Positions 49,796 to 62,930 of a DNA stretch of 64,000 bases are shown here, piece after piece. Below the pieces are notes generated by a model. That model was not told where the DNA came from, did not search any database, and worked only from the letters and a program-made list of their open reading frames with translations. The translations under genes were made by a program, and so were the position numbers. Source of the DNA: Squalus acanthias (Eukaryota); assembly GCA_030390025.1 (NCBI GenBank), contig CM059427.1:208196001-208260000 (forward strand). The letters run 5' to 3'. Numbering within the stretch: position 1 is the stretch's first letter; each line of letters starts with the position of its first letter.

Positions 49796-52700
49796 TTACC
49801 AATCTGAGCTTCGAGAGCGGGAGAGAGAGAAGTAAAAAATAATCACAGTGTGAGGTCACAAGAAAGCAGGTAAGTGATTGGTTGATGAGTATTTCTCTTT
49901 TTCTGCTTTTTCCAAACTTAAATTTTGTGGTTTATAGTTACTGGGGTCTCTGTGGTGTAGCGGGGACAGTTAGTAAACAAGGGCCCTATATCATTTAATT
50001 ATAGTATAATTGGTGGGATTGATTTTATTTAATTTAAGTTCAATTAATTAAAGGGTAAGTCATGGCAACACAGCTCGGCACCGTGATATGCTCCTCCTGC
50101 ACTATGTGGGAAATCGGGGACACTTCCTGTGTCCCTGACGACCATGTGTGCAGGAAGTGTATCCAGCTGCAGCTGCTGGCAGACCGCATTGCGGAGCTGG
50201 AGCTGCGAATGCATGCATATTGGCGCATTCGCGATGCTGAGGACATCATGGATAGCACGTTTAAACATTTGGTCACACCGCAGGTAAAGGTTGCACAGGC
50301 AGAAAGGGAATGGGTGACCACAAGGCAGAGAAGCAGGCGCAGGCAGATAGTGCAGGAGTCCCCTGTGGTCATCCCCCTCTCAAACATGGGAAGGCAGCAG
50401 CAGCTAATTTCCTGGCACCAGGGGTTGTTCCGCTGCACAGCACGGGAGGAAAAAGATGGGTAGAGCTATACTGATAGGGGATTCTATTGTAAGGGGAATA
50501 GATAGGCGTTTCAGTGGCCGCAAACGAGGCTCCAGGATGGTGTGTTGCCTCCCTGCTGCAAGGGTCACGGATGTCTCAGAGCGGCTGCAGATCATTTTGT
50601 AAGGGGAGGGTGAACAGCCAGTTGTCGTGGAGCATATAGGTACCAACGATATTACGAAAAAACGGGTGTGGTCCTAAAAGCTGAATATAGGTAGTTAGGA
50701 AGTAAATTAAAAAATACGACCTCAAAGGTAGTAATCTCAGGATTGCTAACAGGGCCACGTGCAAGTCAGAGTAGAAATAGAAGGATATTTCAGATGAAGA
50801 CGTGGCTAGAGGAATGGTGCAAGGGGGAGGGATTCAAATTCCTGGGACATTGTAACCGGTACTGGGATAGGTGGGATCAGTACAAATCAGAGGGTTTGCA
50901 CCTGGGCAGGACCGGGACCGATGTCCTTGGGGGAGTGTTTGCTAGTGCTCTGGGGGAGGATTTAAACTAAAATGGCATGGGGTTGGGAAACTGAGCAGGG
51001 AGACAGAGGAAAGGGAAACAAGGATAGAAGCAAAAGTGAAAAAAGGAAAAAAAACAAAATTGGCAGTCAGAGAAATCAAGGATCTAAATCAAACGTGGCC
51101 ACTGTAAATAATAATTCTAAAAGGTCGAAGAGCATTAAAAAAACAAGCCTGAAGTCTTTGTGCCTTAATGCGAGAAGCATTCATAATAAGGTGGATGAAT
51201 TAGCTGCGCAAATAGAGGTAAACGAATATGATATGATTGGGATTATGGAAACATGGCTCCAGGGTGACCAAGGCTGGGAACTCAACATACAGGGGTATTC
51301 AGTATTCAGGAAAGATAGGCAAAAAGGAAAAGGAGGTGGGGTAGCATTGCTGGTTAAAGAGGAGATTTACACAATTGTAAGGAAAGATATTAGCTCTGAT
51401 GATGTGGAATCTGTATGGGTAGAACTGAGAAATATCAAGGCGCAGAAAACGCTAGTGGAAGTGGTGTATAGACCCCCAAACAGTAATACGGAGGTTGGGG
51501 ATGGCATTAAAAGGGAAATTAGAGAAGCGTGCAATAAGAGCACAGCAGTTATCATGGTTGACTTTAATCTACATATAGATTGGGGTAACCAAATTAGTAA
51601 CAATACTGTGGAGGAGGAATTCCTGGAGTGTGTACGGGATGGTTTCCTGGACCAATATGTCGAGGAACCAACTAGAGGTCAGGCCATCTTAGACTGGGTA
51701 TTTTGTAATGAGAAAGGATTAATTAGCAATCTTTTTGTGTGAGGCTCCTTGGGTCGCAGCGATCATAATATGATAGAATTCTTTATTAAGATGGAGAGTG
51801 AAGTAGTTGACTCAGAGACTAGGGTCTTGAACTTCAATAAAGGAAACTACGATAGTATGAGGCGCGAGTTGGTTAGGATTGATTAGGGAATGTCAATCAA
51901 AGGGTTGGTGGTGGATAGGCAATGGCAAACATTCAAAGATCGCATGAATGAACGATAGAATTTCTTCATCCCAGTTTGGCATAAAAATAAATCAAAAAAA
52001 TTGACTCAACCGTGGCTAACAAGGGAAATTAGGGATAGCATAAGATCCAAGGAGAGGACATATTAATTGGACAGAAAAAGCAGAAATCCTGAGCATTGGG
52101 TGCAGAATAGGATTCACCAAAGAAGGCCGAAGGGATTCATTAAGAGGGGGGAAATAAAGTATGAGAGTAAGCTGTCAAGGAACATAAAAACTGACTGTAA
52201 AACTTTTATAGATATGTGAAGAGAATAAGATTGGTGAAGTCAAGTGCAGGTCCCTTGCAGTCAGAATCAGGGGAATTTATAATGGGGTACAAAGAAATGG
52301 CAAGGCCAATTAAATACATACTTTGGTTCTGTCTTCACAAAGGAGGACACAAATAAACTCCCAGAGATGTCGGAGAACATAGGGTCTAATGAGAGGGAGG
52401 AACTGAAAGAAATCAGTATTTGTAGGGAAATGGTGTTAGGGAAATTGACGGGATTGAAGGCCAATAAATCCCCAGGGCCTGATAATCTACATCCTAGGGC
52501 ACTGAAGGAAGTGGCCCTAGAAATAGTCGATGCATTGCTGGTCATCTTCCAAAATTCGATGGACTCTGGAACAGTACACATGAATTGGAGGGTAGCTAAT
52601 GTTACCCCCCTATTCAAAAAAGTTGGCAGTGAGAAAACGGGGAAAACGGGTAAGCCTGACATCGGTAGTGGGGAAAATGCTAGAGTCCATTGTAAAAGAA

Positions 52701-53583
52701 GTAATAGCAGAGCACTTGGAAAACAGTGACAGGATCGGACAAAGTCAACATGGTTTTACAAAAGGTAAATTGTGCTTGACTAATCTGCATGCAATTTTTT
52801 GAGGATGTAACTGGTAAAATAGATAAGGGAGAACCAGTGGATGTGGTGTATTTGGACTTTCAGAAGGCTTTCGATAAGTTCCCGCATAAGAGATTAGCGT
52901 GTAAAGTTAAGGCACATGGGATTGAGGGCAAGGTATTGACTTGGATAGAGAACTGGTTGGCAGACAGAAAGCAAAGAGTTGGAATAAACGTGTCTTTTTC
53001 CGAGTGGCAGGCAGTGAGTAGTGGGGTACCGCAGGGATCGGTCCTAGGACCCCAGCTATTCACAATATATATAAATGATCTAGACGAGGGAATTAGATGT
53101 AATATCTCCAAGTTTGAAGACGACACAAAGCTGGGTGGGAGTGTGTGACGTGAGGAGAATGCCGAGAAACTCCAGTATGATTTGGACAGGTTGGGTGATT
53201 GGGCAGAAGCATGGCAGATGCAATATAATGTGGATAAATGCGAGGTTATCAACTTTGGTGTCAAAAACAGGAAGGTGGGTTATTATCTGAATGGCAATAG
53301 ATTGGGAGAAGGGGAAGTGCAACGAGACCTGGGTGTCCTTGTGCACCAGTCGCTGAAGGTAAGCATGCAGGTGCAGCAGGCCTTTAAGAAGTTGAATGGT
53401 ATGTTGGCCTTCGTAGCGAATCGGTTCGAGTACTGGAACAAGGATATCTTACTGCAATTGTACAGGGCCTTCGTGAGACCACATTTTGAGTATTGTGTGC
53501 AGTTTTGGTCGCCTTATCTGAGGAAGGATGTTCTTGCCATGGAGGAAGTGCAGCGAAGATTCACCAGACTGATACCTGCGATG

Positions 53584-55028
53584 TTTTTTTTTAGATAAAC
53601 ATAATTTAATAGGACAAAGTCAGCATGGCTTTATGAAGGGGAAGTCATGTCTGACAAATTTGCTTGAGTTCTTTGAGGACATAACGTACAGGGTGGATAA
53701 AGGGGAACCAATGGACGTAGTGTATTTAGACTTCCAGAAGGCATTCGACAAGGTGCCACATAAAAGATTATTGCTCAAGATAAAAAATCACTGGATTGGG
53801 GGGAATATTCTGGCATGGGTGGAGGATTGGTTATCTAACCGGAAGCAGAGAGTTGGGATAAATGGTTCATTCTCGGACTGGCAACCAGTAGCCAGTAGTG
53901 TTCCGCAGTGGTCGGTGCTGGGTCCCCAACTCTTTACAATCTATATTAACGATTTGGAGGAGGGGACCGAGTGTAACATACCAAAGTTTGCAGATGATAC
54001 AAAGATGGGAGGGAAAGTAGAAAGTGAGGAGGACATAAAAAACCTACAAGGGGATGTAGACAAGCTGGGTGATTGGGCGGAGATTTGGCAGATGCAATAC
54101 AATATTGGAAAATGTGAGGTTATGCACTTTGGCAGGAAAAATCAGAGAGCAAGTTATTATCTTAATGGCGAGAAACTGGAAAGTACTGCAGTACAAAGGG
54201 ATCTGGGGGTCCGAGTGCAAGAAAATCAAAAAGTTAGTATGCAGGTGCAGCAGGTGATCAAGAAGGCCAACGGAATGTTGGCTTTTATTGCTAGGGGGAT
54301 AGATTATGAAAACAGGGAGGTATTGCTGCAGTTATATAAGGTGTTGGTGAGACCGCTTCTGGAATACTGCATACAGTTTTGGTGTCCATACTTAAGAAAA
54401 GACATACTTGCTCTCGAGGCAGTACAAAGAAGGTTCACTCGGTTAATCCCCGGGATGAGGGGGTGGACATATGAGGAGAGGTTGAGTAGATTGGGACTCT
54501 ACTCATTGGAGTTCAGAAGAGTGAGATGCGATCTTATTGAAACATATAAGATTGTGAAGGGGCTTGATCGGGTGGATGCGGTAAGGATGTTCCCAAGGAT
54601 GGGTGAAACTAGAACTAGGGGGCATAATCTTAGAATAAGGGGCATCGCTTTCAAAACTGAGATGAGGAGAAACTTCTTCACTCAGAGGGCAGTAGGTCTG
54701 TGGAATTTGCTGCACCAGGAACCTGTGGAAGCTGCATCATTAAATAAATTTAAAACAGAAATAGACAGTTTCGTAGAAGTAAAGGGAATTAGGAGTTTCG
54801 GGGAGCGGGCAGGAAATTGGACACGAGGCTGAGTTCGGATCGGTCGAGGCCCTGTGGGTGGCGTAGCGGGCCCAGGGGCTGAGTGGCCGGGTCCTGCTCC
54901 TACTTCTTGTGTTCTTTAGATTTGAGGTTAGGATCAGATCAGCCATGATCTTATTGAATGGCGGAGCAGGCTCGAAGGGCTGATTGTCCTACTCCTGCTC
55001 CTATTTCTTATGTTCTTATGTTCTTATG
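53584..55028 (+). mobile_element. Nested 5'-truncated CR1 of another subfamily with 399-aa open RT ORF
   Basis: ORF 53633-54832; (TTCTTATG)n tail. Confidence 0.93.
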
Positions 55029-55494
55029 GCAGGAATGACGTATGAGGAGAGATTGGGTCGATTGGGCTTATACTCGCTTGAGTTTAGAAGAATGAGAGGG
55101 AGTCTCATTGAAACTTATGAAATTCTAAAAGAACTAAACAGATTAGATGCAGGAAGAATGTCCCCGATGGCCGGGGAGTCTAGAACCAGGGGTCACAGTC
55201 TAAGGATAAGGGGTAAGCCATTTAGGACTGAGATGAGGAGGAATTTCTTCCCGCAGAGAGTGGTGAACCTGTGGAATTCTCTACCACAGACGGCAGTAGA
55301 GGCCAATTCATTAAATATATTCAAGAAGAAGTTAGATATATTTCTTAAAGCTAAAGGGATCAAGGGATATGGAAAGAAGGCAGGGACAGGGTACTGAATT
55401 TGGATGATCAGCCATGATCGCATTGAATGGCGGAGCAGGCTAGAGGGGCCGAATGGCCTACTCCTGCTCCTAACTTCTATGTTTCCATGTTTCT

Positions 55495-57900
55495 ATGAAC
55501 AAATTTTGTAGTTCATGCATGCGAACTTTAAATATTTGCGATTGCCTATCCACCGTTAATCCTGTAAGAAATTCTCCCCAATCAATCCTAGGCAACTCGC
55601 GCCTCATACCATCGGAGTTTCCTTTATTTAAATTCATGACCCTAGTCTCTGAGTCAATTACTTCACTCTCCATCTTAATGAAGAATTCTATCATATTTTG
55701 ATCGCTCCTCCCCAAGGGGCCTCGCACAACAAGATTGCTAATTAATCCTTTCTCATTACATAATACCCAGTCTAAGATGGCCTAATCTCTAGTTGGTTCC
55801 TCGACATATTGGTCCAGGAAAACATCCCGTATACCCTCTAGGAATTCCTCCTCCACAGTATTGTCACTAAATTGGTTAGCCCAATCTATATGTAGATTAA
55901 AGTCACCCATGATAAGTGCTGTGCCCTTATTGCACGTGTCTCTAATTTCCCGTTTAATGCCATCCCCAACAATAGCATTACTGTTTGGGGGTCAGTTTAC
56001 AAGTCCAACTAACGTTTTCTGCCTCTTGGTATTTCTCAGCTCTACCCATACAGATTCCACATCATCAGAGCTAATATCCTTCCTTACTATTGTGTTAATC
56101 TCCTCTTTAACCAGCAATGCTACCGCACCTCCTTTTCCTTTTTGTCTGTCCTTCCTGAATATTGAATACCCCTTGATGTTGAATTCCCAGCCTAGGTTAC
56201 CCTGGAACCATTTCTCCGTAATCTCAATTATATCATATCCATTTACATCTATGTGCGCAGCTAATTCATCCACCTTATTACGAATGCTCCTCGCATTAAG
56301 GCACAAAGCCTTCAGGCTTGTTTTTTTAACTCTCTCAGTATTCTTAGAATTATTATTTACTGTAGCCCTGTTTGATCTACACCCTTGATTTCTCTGCCTT
56401 CCAGTTTTGCTTTTCTTCTTCCTGACTTTTGCTTGTATCCTTGCTTCCCTTTCCTCTGTTTCCCTGCACAGGTTCCCAACCTCCGGCCATTTTAGTTTAA
56501 ACCCTGCCCAACAGCATTAGCAAACACTCCCCCTGGGACATCGGTCCCGGCCCTTCCCAGGTGCAAACCGTCCAGTTTGTATTGATCCCACCTCCACCAC
56601 AACCGGTTCCAATATCCCAGCAATTTGAATCCCTCCCCCTTGCACCATTCCTCTAGCCACGTATTCATCTGAAATATCCTTCTATTTCTACTATGACTAG
56701 CACGTGGCACCGGTAGCAATCCTGAGATTACTACCTTTGAGGTCTTATTTTTTAATTTACCTCCTAACTCCCTAAATTCAGCTTTTAGGACCTCATCCCG
56801 TTTTTTACCTATATCGTTGGTACCTATATGCACCACGACAACTGGCTGTTCACCCTCCCCCCCCCCCCCCCCCAGAATGCCCTGCAGCCGCTCCGAGACA
56901 TCCTTGACCCTTGGACCAAGGAGGCAACATACCATCCTGGAGTCTCGTTTGCGGCTTCAAAAACGCCTGTCTATTCCCCTTACAGTAGAATCCCCTATCA
57001 CTATAGCTCTGCCACAATTTTTACTCCCATCCTGTGCATCAGAATTACCCATGGTGCCAGGAAGTTGGTTGCTGCTGCCTTCCCCCGGTAAGCCATCTCC
57101 CTCAACAATATCCAAAGTGGTATACCTGTTTGAGAGGGGGATGTCCACAGGGGACCCCTGCACTACCTGCCTGCGCCTACTAGTCTGCCTGGTGGTCACC
57201 CATTCCCTTCCTGCCTGTGCAGCCTTTACCTGCGGTGTGACCAACTCCCTAAACGTGCTATCCACGATGTCCTCAGCATCGCGAATGCTCCAGTATGCAT
57301 CCATTCGCAGCTCCAGCGCCGCAATGCGGTCTGCCAGTAACTGCAGCTGGATACACTTCCCACACATATGGTCAACAGAGACACAGGAAGTGTCCCTGAT
57401 TTCCCACATAGCGCAGGAGGAGCATTCCACGGGACTGAGCTGTGCTGCCATGACTTATCCTTTAAATACTTTAAATTAACTCAAACAATACCACAAATTA
57501 CACTACAATTAAATGATATACTCAAAGGCCCTTGTATACTAGCACTCCCTGAGACACAACAGAGATCTTAGAAACTATAACCACAAAAATTAGGACAAAC
57601 TAAACTTTATAAACTATTAATCTTAACTGTCAAACTACAGAGTAGTATAAATACTCACCTGGCCGTACTGACCAATTCAGCTGCTTCCTCTTGTAACCGT
57701 CACTTTTTGAATTGTGACGTGGCTCTGGAACGCCGCCGCCATCTGTGAGATTGGTAAGCCTCTGAAAAAAAGCTCGCGAAAGTGAGTTTAACTATTCACT
57801 GTGCTGCTGCTCTCTCCGCTCCCGACACTGCCTCTGCAAAAAAGCCCGCGAAAGTGAGTTTAGCTATACACTGTGCTGCTGCTCTCTCCGCTCGCGACAC
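55495..57900 (-). mobile_element. CR1 5' half (5'UTR, ORF1, endonuclease), abutting the tail of the plus-strand copy
   Basis: ECSSCAMWE, IGDSTVRG, HIGTND, CLNARSIRNK, SDQNMIEF. Confidence 0.95.
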
Positions 57901-58014
57901 TGGCCATTCCAGCATTTTCTGTTTTTAATACAGATTTCCAGCATCCGCAGTATTTTGCTTTTGAGGAAATATTTCCAATTGTGTTGTTGGCGCTGTAATC
58001 GGAGCCGTATTATC

Positions 58015-59250
58015 AACAAAATAACATACATTTTTATAGCGCATTTAACGCAGTAAAATGCTTCACAGAAGCGTTATCAAGCAAAATTTCACACCATCCA
58101 CATAAGGAGAGATTAGCACAGCAAAAGTTAGTGCAAAGAGGTCGACTTTAAGGAGCGTGTTAAAGCAGAATACAGCTGCAAAGCTCCAGGAGTGAAGTAA
58201 GTTTGGGGAGGTTTCAGAGATAGGGAGGAGCGACGCTATACAGGGATTAGCAGCAAGGATGAGAATTTGTATTCGAGCCGCTGCTGGACTCTGAGGTAAT
58301 GGAGGTCAGTGAGCACAGGAGTGATGGGTGGACGGGACTTGGTGTTAGTTAGGACACGGGCAGTAGAGAATTGGATGAGCTCAAGTTTATGGAGGGTGGA
58401 AGATGAGATGCCGGCGAGGACAGCATTGGAATAGTCACGTCTAGATGCAGCAAAGGCATGGATAAGGTTGTAACAGCTGATCAGCTGAGGCAGGGACGGT
58501 TACAAGCGATGTTACTGTGGTGGAAGTAGGCGGTCTTGAAGATGGAGCGAATATGTGGTTGGAAGCTCAATTTAGGGTCAAATAGGTCGCCAGGTTTGCA
58601 AAAGGTCTGGTTCAGTCTCATACTGCCGCTCGGAGATTTCATCCGAAAACACAGCGTAGGGTCCACGTATAGGCTGACGACAATCAGCTCTACCTCACCA
58701 CCACCTCTCTCGACCCCTCCACTACCTCCGATTGGTCACACTACCAGGGAGAGTGATGGAGTCAGTGGCGAGGGAACAGAGCTTGTGGCGACCGAAGACA
58801 ATGTCTTTGGTCTACCCAATATTAAGTTGAAGGAAATTTCTGCTCATCCAGCACTGGATATCGGACAAGCAGCGTGTCAAATCAGAGACAGTTGAGGGGT
58901 GGAGAGAGGTGAGGCAGAGCTGGGTGTCGTCAGCGTATATTTGGAACTTGCGACTGTGTTTTCTGATGAGTTCACCGAGAGACCGCATGAAGAGGAGAAA
59001 TAAGAGGGAGCCAAGGATAGATCTATTAGGGATTCCAGAGGTAAGGGTGCGGGAGCGGGAAGAGAAGCCATCGAAGGTGATTCTCTGTCTACGAGGGCAG
59101 TTCCACCCAGCTGGGCGACGGAGGCGAGGCCTTGGAGGAGGATGTTGTGGTCAACCATGTGAAAGGCTGCAGATATTTTGAGAAGGATGAAATGGATAAT
59201 TTATCACGATCACAGACACAGAGGATGTCATTTGTGATGTTGATAAGCGC
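58015..59250 (-). mobile_element. Old L2/CR1-like LINE fragment with internal inverted piece (~58620-58745)
   Basis: AFHMVDHNILLQ and YADDTQL-like RT remnants on minus; GCTGACGACAATCAGCTCTACCTC on plus. Confidence 0.75.
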
Positions 59251-59829
59251 TGGTTCGTGCCATTATAACGGTGTGCAAATATTTCCAATTGTATTGTTGG
59301 CATTTTACTGTGGTTGAATTATCACACAGTTATCACTGTGTACATTTTGTTCTATTGTGTTTTTTGATACTTTCACTGTGGGTGAATTATAACACTGTTA
59401 TCACGGTGTATTGTGTACCGTATACTGCAATGTGAAAATTTCTCTCTGTTAAATCGGTGTAGATATTGTATTACTGCTCCTTCGTCCTGCCAATATCTCG
59501 TACTGTTCTCGTCCTCGTTCTTTACTCCACATTGAGTGAGGGCGCATAACTGATGCCATCTCTCCTATCTGAGTCCCAGTGTTGTAAGTTGAATGTTCGG
59601 TCTAGGACTAAGCCCACAGTTTATCCTGACAGCGCAGTGCAGTGCTGAGGGAGCGCTGCATTGTTTGAGGGGCCTTTCTCCGGTGGAACAGGAGGTCACC
59701 GACCGGAAACTCTAACTCTGTTCTCTTTTCGCAGACGCTGCCTAAGCTGTGAGCATTGCTGGCATTGTCTGCTCTCTCTTTCTCTCTCTCAATACTTATT
59801 CACTGACTGTCTTTCTGTCTCTATTACAG

Positions 59830-60737
59830 CTAATTTGGCAGTGATTGTGATCCTGTCCCGAGGAAGGTGCGGTCTCTCCAGATGTATCACTTACTACCTG
59901 GTGTCCATGGCGGTGACGGATCTCCTGGTCATTATCACGGCTGCGATACTTAACCGGATTGTAGGTATTTATTTCCCATTCAGCTTCTTGTCCATTACTC
60001 CGGTCTGTAGTCTCAATCTTGCGTTAATTTATGGAATCATAGACAGTTCTGTCTGGGTAACAGTCGCTTTCACCTTTGATCGATTTGTAGCCATGTGTTG
60101 TGAGAAGCTGAAAATAAGATATTGCACCGAGAAAACGGCGGCCGTGGTTATAGGAACGGTCTGTTCACTGAGTTGTGCTGGAAACATCCCCTGGTACTTT
60201 ATGTATGAGCCGTTGTTTATAATTAACGATGTTTCTTGGCTCTGCAGCTTAAAAGCAATATGTTATACCTCATCTGCATGAGCCGAATTTGACTGGATTC
60301 ACCACATTTTAACCCCGTGTCTCCCATTCATTCTGATTTTGCTGCTCAATGTTCTGACCGTCAGACAAATTCTAGCGGCCAATAGAGCCCGCAGGAGACT
60401 CCGGGCCCACAGCAATGGGGAGAATCAGAGTGACCCAGAGATGGAGAGCCGGAGAAAGACCATCGTCTTACTCTTCTGTATCTCGGGCATTTTCATACTG
60501 TTATATTTATTGTATCTTTTAACTTTCCTCTCTGTCCGGATTGCGAAAGTTACATATTTCTCAGGTTCAAATTGCAAGGAATCAAATTATATTCTGGAGG
60601 AAAGCGGGTTGATGCTTCATCTTTTGAGTTCCTGCATCAACCCATTTATTTATGCAGGGATCCAGTGTAAATTCAGAGAGGAGTTAAAGAATGGGGTGAA
60701 ATATCCTTTGAGTCTAATTGTTAAATTATTTAAATGA
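59830..60737 (+). pseudogene. Class A GPCR main exon, GPR139/GPR142-like family; one in-frame TGA at 60279-60281
   Basis: TTACAG acceptor; ANLAVIVIL, YLVSMAVTDLL, VAFTFDRFVAMCC, TPCLPFILILLLN, INPFIY; first coding exon not located. Confidence 0.88.
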
Positions 60738-60871
60738 TGAAACTAGTAAAGTTTATCATGAATTGTACCTTATATTCCATGCTATGCTCTTCTTGTCCGT
60801 GTCAGACATGGTCTCCCCTTCCAGATACACAGTCACTCACTCTAAGATTCTTACCCAATGTGAATTTAAGG

Positions 60872-61045
60872 ATAGCAAAATATTGCGGATGTTGGAACTC
60901 CGAAATAACAACAGAAAACGCTGGAAAAACTCAGCAGGCCAAGCAGCATCCGTGGAGAGAGAAACAGAGTTAACGATTCAGGTCGACCTGAACGTTAACT
61001 CTGTTTCTCTCTCCACGGATGCTGCCTGGACTGCTGAGTTTTTCC
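60872..61045. mobile_element. Penelope-related short element in inverted (palindromic) arrangement
   Basis: GCATCCGTGGAGAGAGAAACAGAGTTAACG..TCAGGTCGACCTGA..CGTTAACTCTGTTTCTCTCTCCACGGATGC. Confidence 0.7.
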
Positions 61046-61789
61046 GGGGTTAATGTTATTGTGAATTTAAGAATGTTTGAGGAACAATGCATCAGCTCAC
61101 AATTCAATGTTGTAATCTGTTCTCAGTTAGTTTCCAGTTCTCTTGTTGGTGCTGACTCAGGCCTGGTACATTCCCACCAGCCCCGAGCGCGCTGGAGTAT
61201 CTCTACATTCATGTCGCGTCCGACCTCTGATCTGTGATTGGATATCAAGTTTAACTGTTTATTGAAGGGACCCAATATCCCTCCTGGGAATGGTTTGGAT
61301 CTTGAGGGTCGCATACGCTCTGAAATGGGAGCATGCACTGTCCCCCCGCATTGTTCTCCGCGCACTGGGCACCGCCCCACAGCCGCACTTCTGTGTCCAT
61401 AAACAGAGGAACAGAGGAATTGCTGGAGAATAAAGACAAACGATCATCCAGGTCACTCGCTATTCTTTTCAGTGGCCAATTGTGATGAAACCCCCAGTGT
61501 CATTAAACGAAAGAACTTTAATCTAACGAACGTGTCCCCTTTATAAAGGGACAAAATAATCAACACCAAAATCATACAAATAGGAAACTTACCAAATTAA
61601 ATGAGAATATTATCTTCACTATCGTTTATTCACTCCAGTCTAGTTTACTATCTACCATCCTTGTAGTCCCCAGATACAATGATAATGGACTTGTTGCCTA
61701 GTGACAGAAATCAATCTCTATCGATTAGTCTACAACAGACCCAGACATGAAGTGAGGAAAACGCCAGTGGTGGAGAGCTTTAGGAACCA

Positions 61790-62665
61790 TAGGACCACAG
61801 TCATGTTATGTTAATAAATCTAAAAACTACAATGGTTTCAGATACAGAATCCTTTAAAAGTGGGAGGACAAGTTGAGAAGTCTTTTGCTAAAGCAGACAA
61901 GGCTTTAAAAGTAAAGGTATAGAGTAAGAAAGCAAGGAAGTTATTCTAAACCTTAATAAATCACTGGTTAGGCCTCAGCTGGAGTGTTATGTTAAATTCT
62001 GGGCAAGATACTTTAAGAAGGATGTCAAGGACTTGGAGACGGTACAGAGTAGATTTACTACAATGGTACCGGGGATGAGTGACTTCAAATACATAAGTGA
62101 GAAGTCGCACAACACCAGGTTATAGTCCAACAGTTTTATTTGAAATCACAAGCTTTCGGAGCTGCTGCTCCTTCGTCAGGTGAAATCAAGAAATACAAAT
62201 CAGCACAGCATATATAGACAGAGAACAATGCCTGTGCAGAGTACAATGTCAGACGACTACAGTTAATCTTTCTGACTGCCTTTTATCACACCTCGGCAGA
62301 CAGACAATCAGGTTAGTCAGGAAGATATTATATCAAAGACACAGCAAAATACAACTAAGACAATGAGGTGGGGTCACAGGTGGTCTAATGTGTCAGATGC
62401 TGCAGTCTGTATGGAAAACCATAAACTTTAAACTTTTTAATTTTTTACTGGAAATCACATCTGTGAACAAGCCAACGACGACTCGAGTCTGGATGACTCT
62501 ACGTCAGGTGGGGTTACATGTAGTGTGACATGAACCCAAGATCCCGGTTCAAATACATAGAGAGACGAAGAAAAGCTGGGTTGTTCTCCTTAGATCAAAG
62601 CATGTTAAGGGGAAATTTAATAGAGGTATACAAATCGTAAATGGGTTTCATAAAGTAAATAAATG
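61790..62665 (+). mobile_element. Old CR1 fragment interrupted by Penelope-like insert
   Basis: GGTTAGGCCTCAGCTGGAG..., resumes after 62560. Confidence 0.75.
62096..62547 (-). mobile_element. 5'-truncated Penelope-like element with 12-bp TSD
   Basis: TTCAAATACATA at 62084-62095 and 62548-62559; CTGACGA-AGGAGC-AGCA-GCTCC-GAAA on minus strand. Confidence 0.75.
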
Positions 62666-62714
62666 GGACATTATGAGCAACGAGTGTTTGATTGAAACAG
62701 TCGCGAGTCAGGTA

Positions 62715-62930
62715 GAGGACGGGTTAGATACAGAGTAAAGTTCCCTCCACACTGTCCGACCAAACACTCCCAGGGCAGGTACAGCACGGGTTAGATTTAG
62801 AGTAAAGCTCCCTCTACACTGTCCCATGAAACACTCGCGGGACAGGTAAAGCACCCGTTAGATACAGAGTAAAGCTCCCTCTACACAGGCCATCATACAC
62901 AGCACAGGTCAGATACAGAGTAAAACTCAG
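62715..62930. repeat. 67-bp minisatellite (reverse orientation)
   Basis: GGGTTAGATACAGAGTAAAGCTCCCTCTACACTGTCCCAT units. Confidence 0.85.

Larger units (their letters stand above)
49345..55497 (+). mobile_element. Near full-length CR1 LINE with tandem 5' monomers, interrupted by nested CR1
   Basis: ORF1/EN/RT remnants; host breaks at GATACCTGCGATG (~53583) and resumes at ATGGCAGGAATGACG (~55026). Confidence 0.95.
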
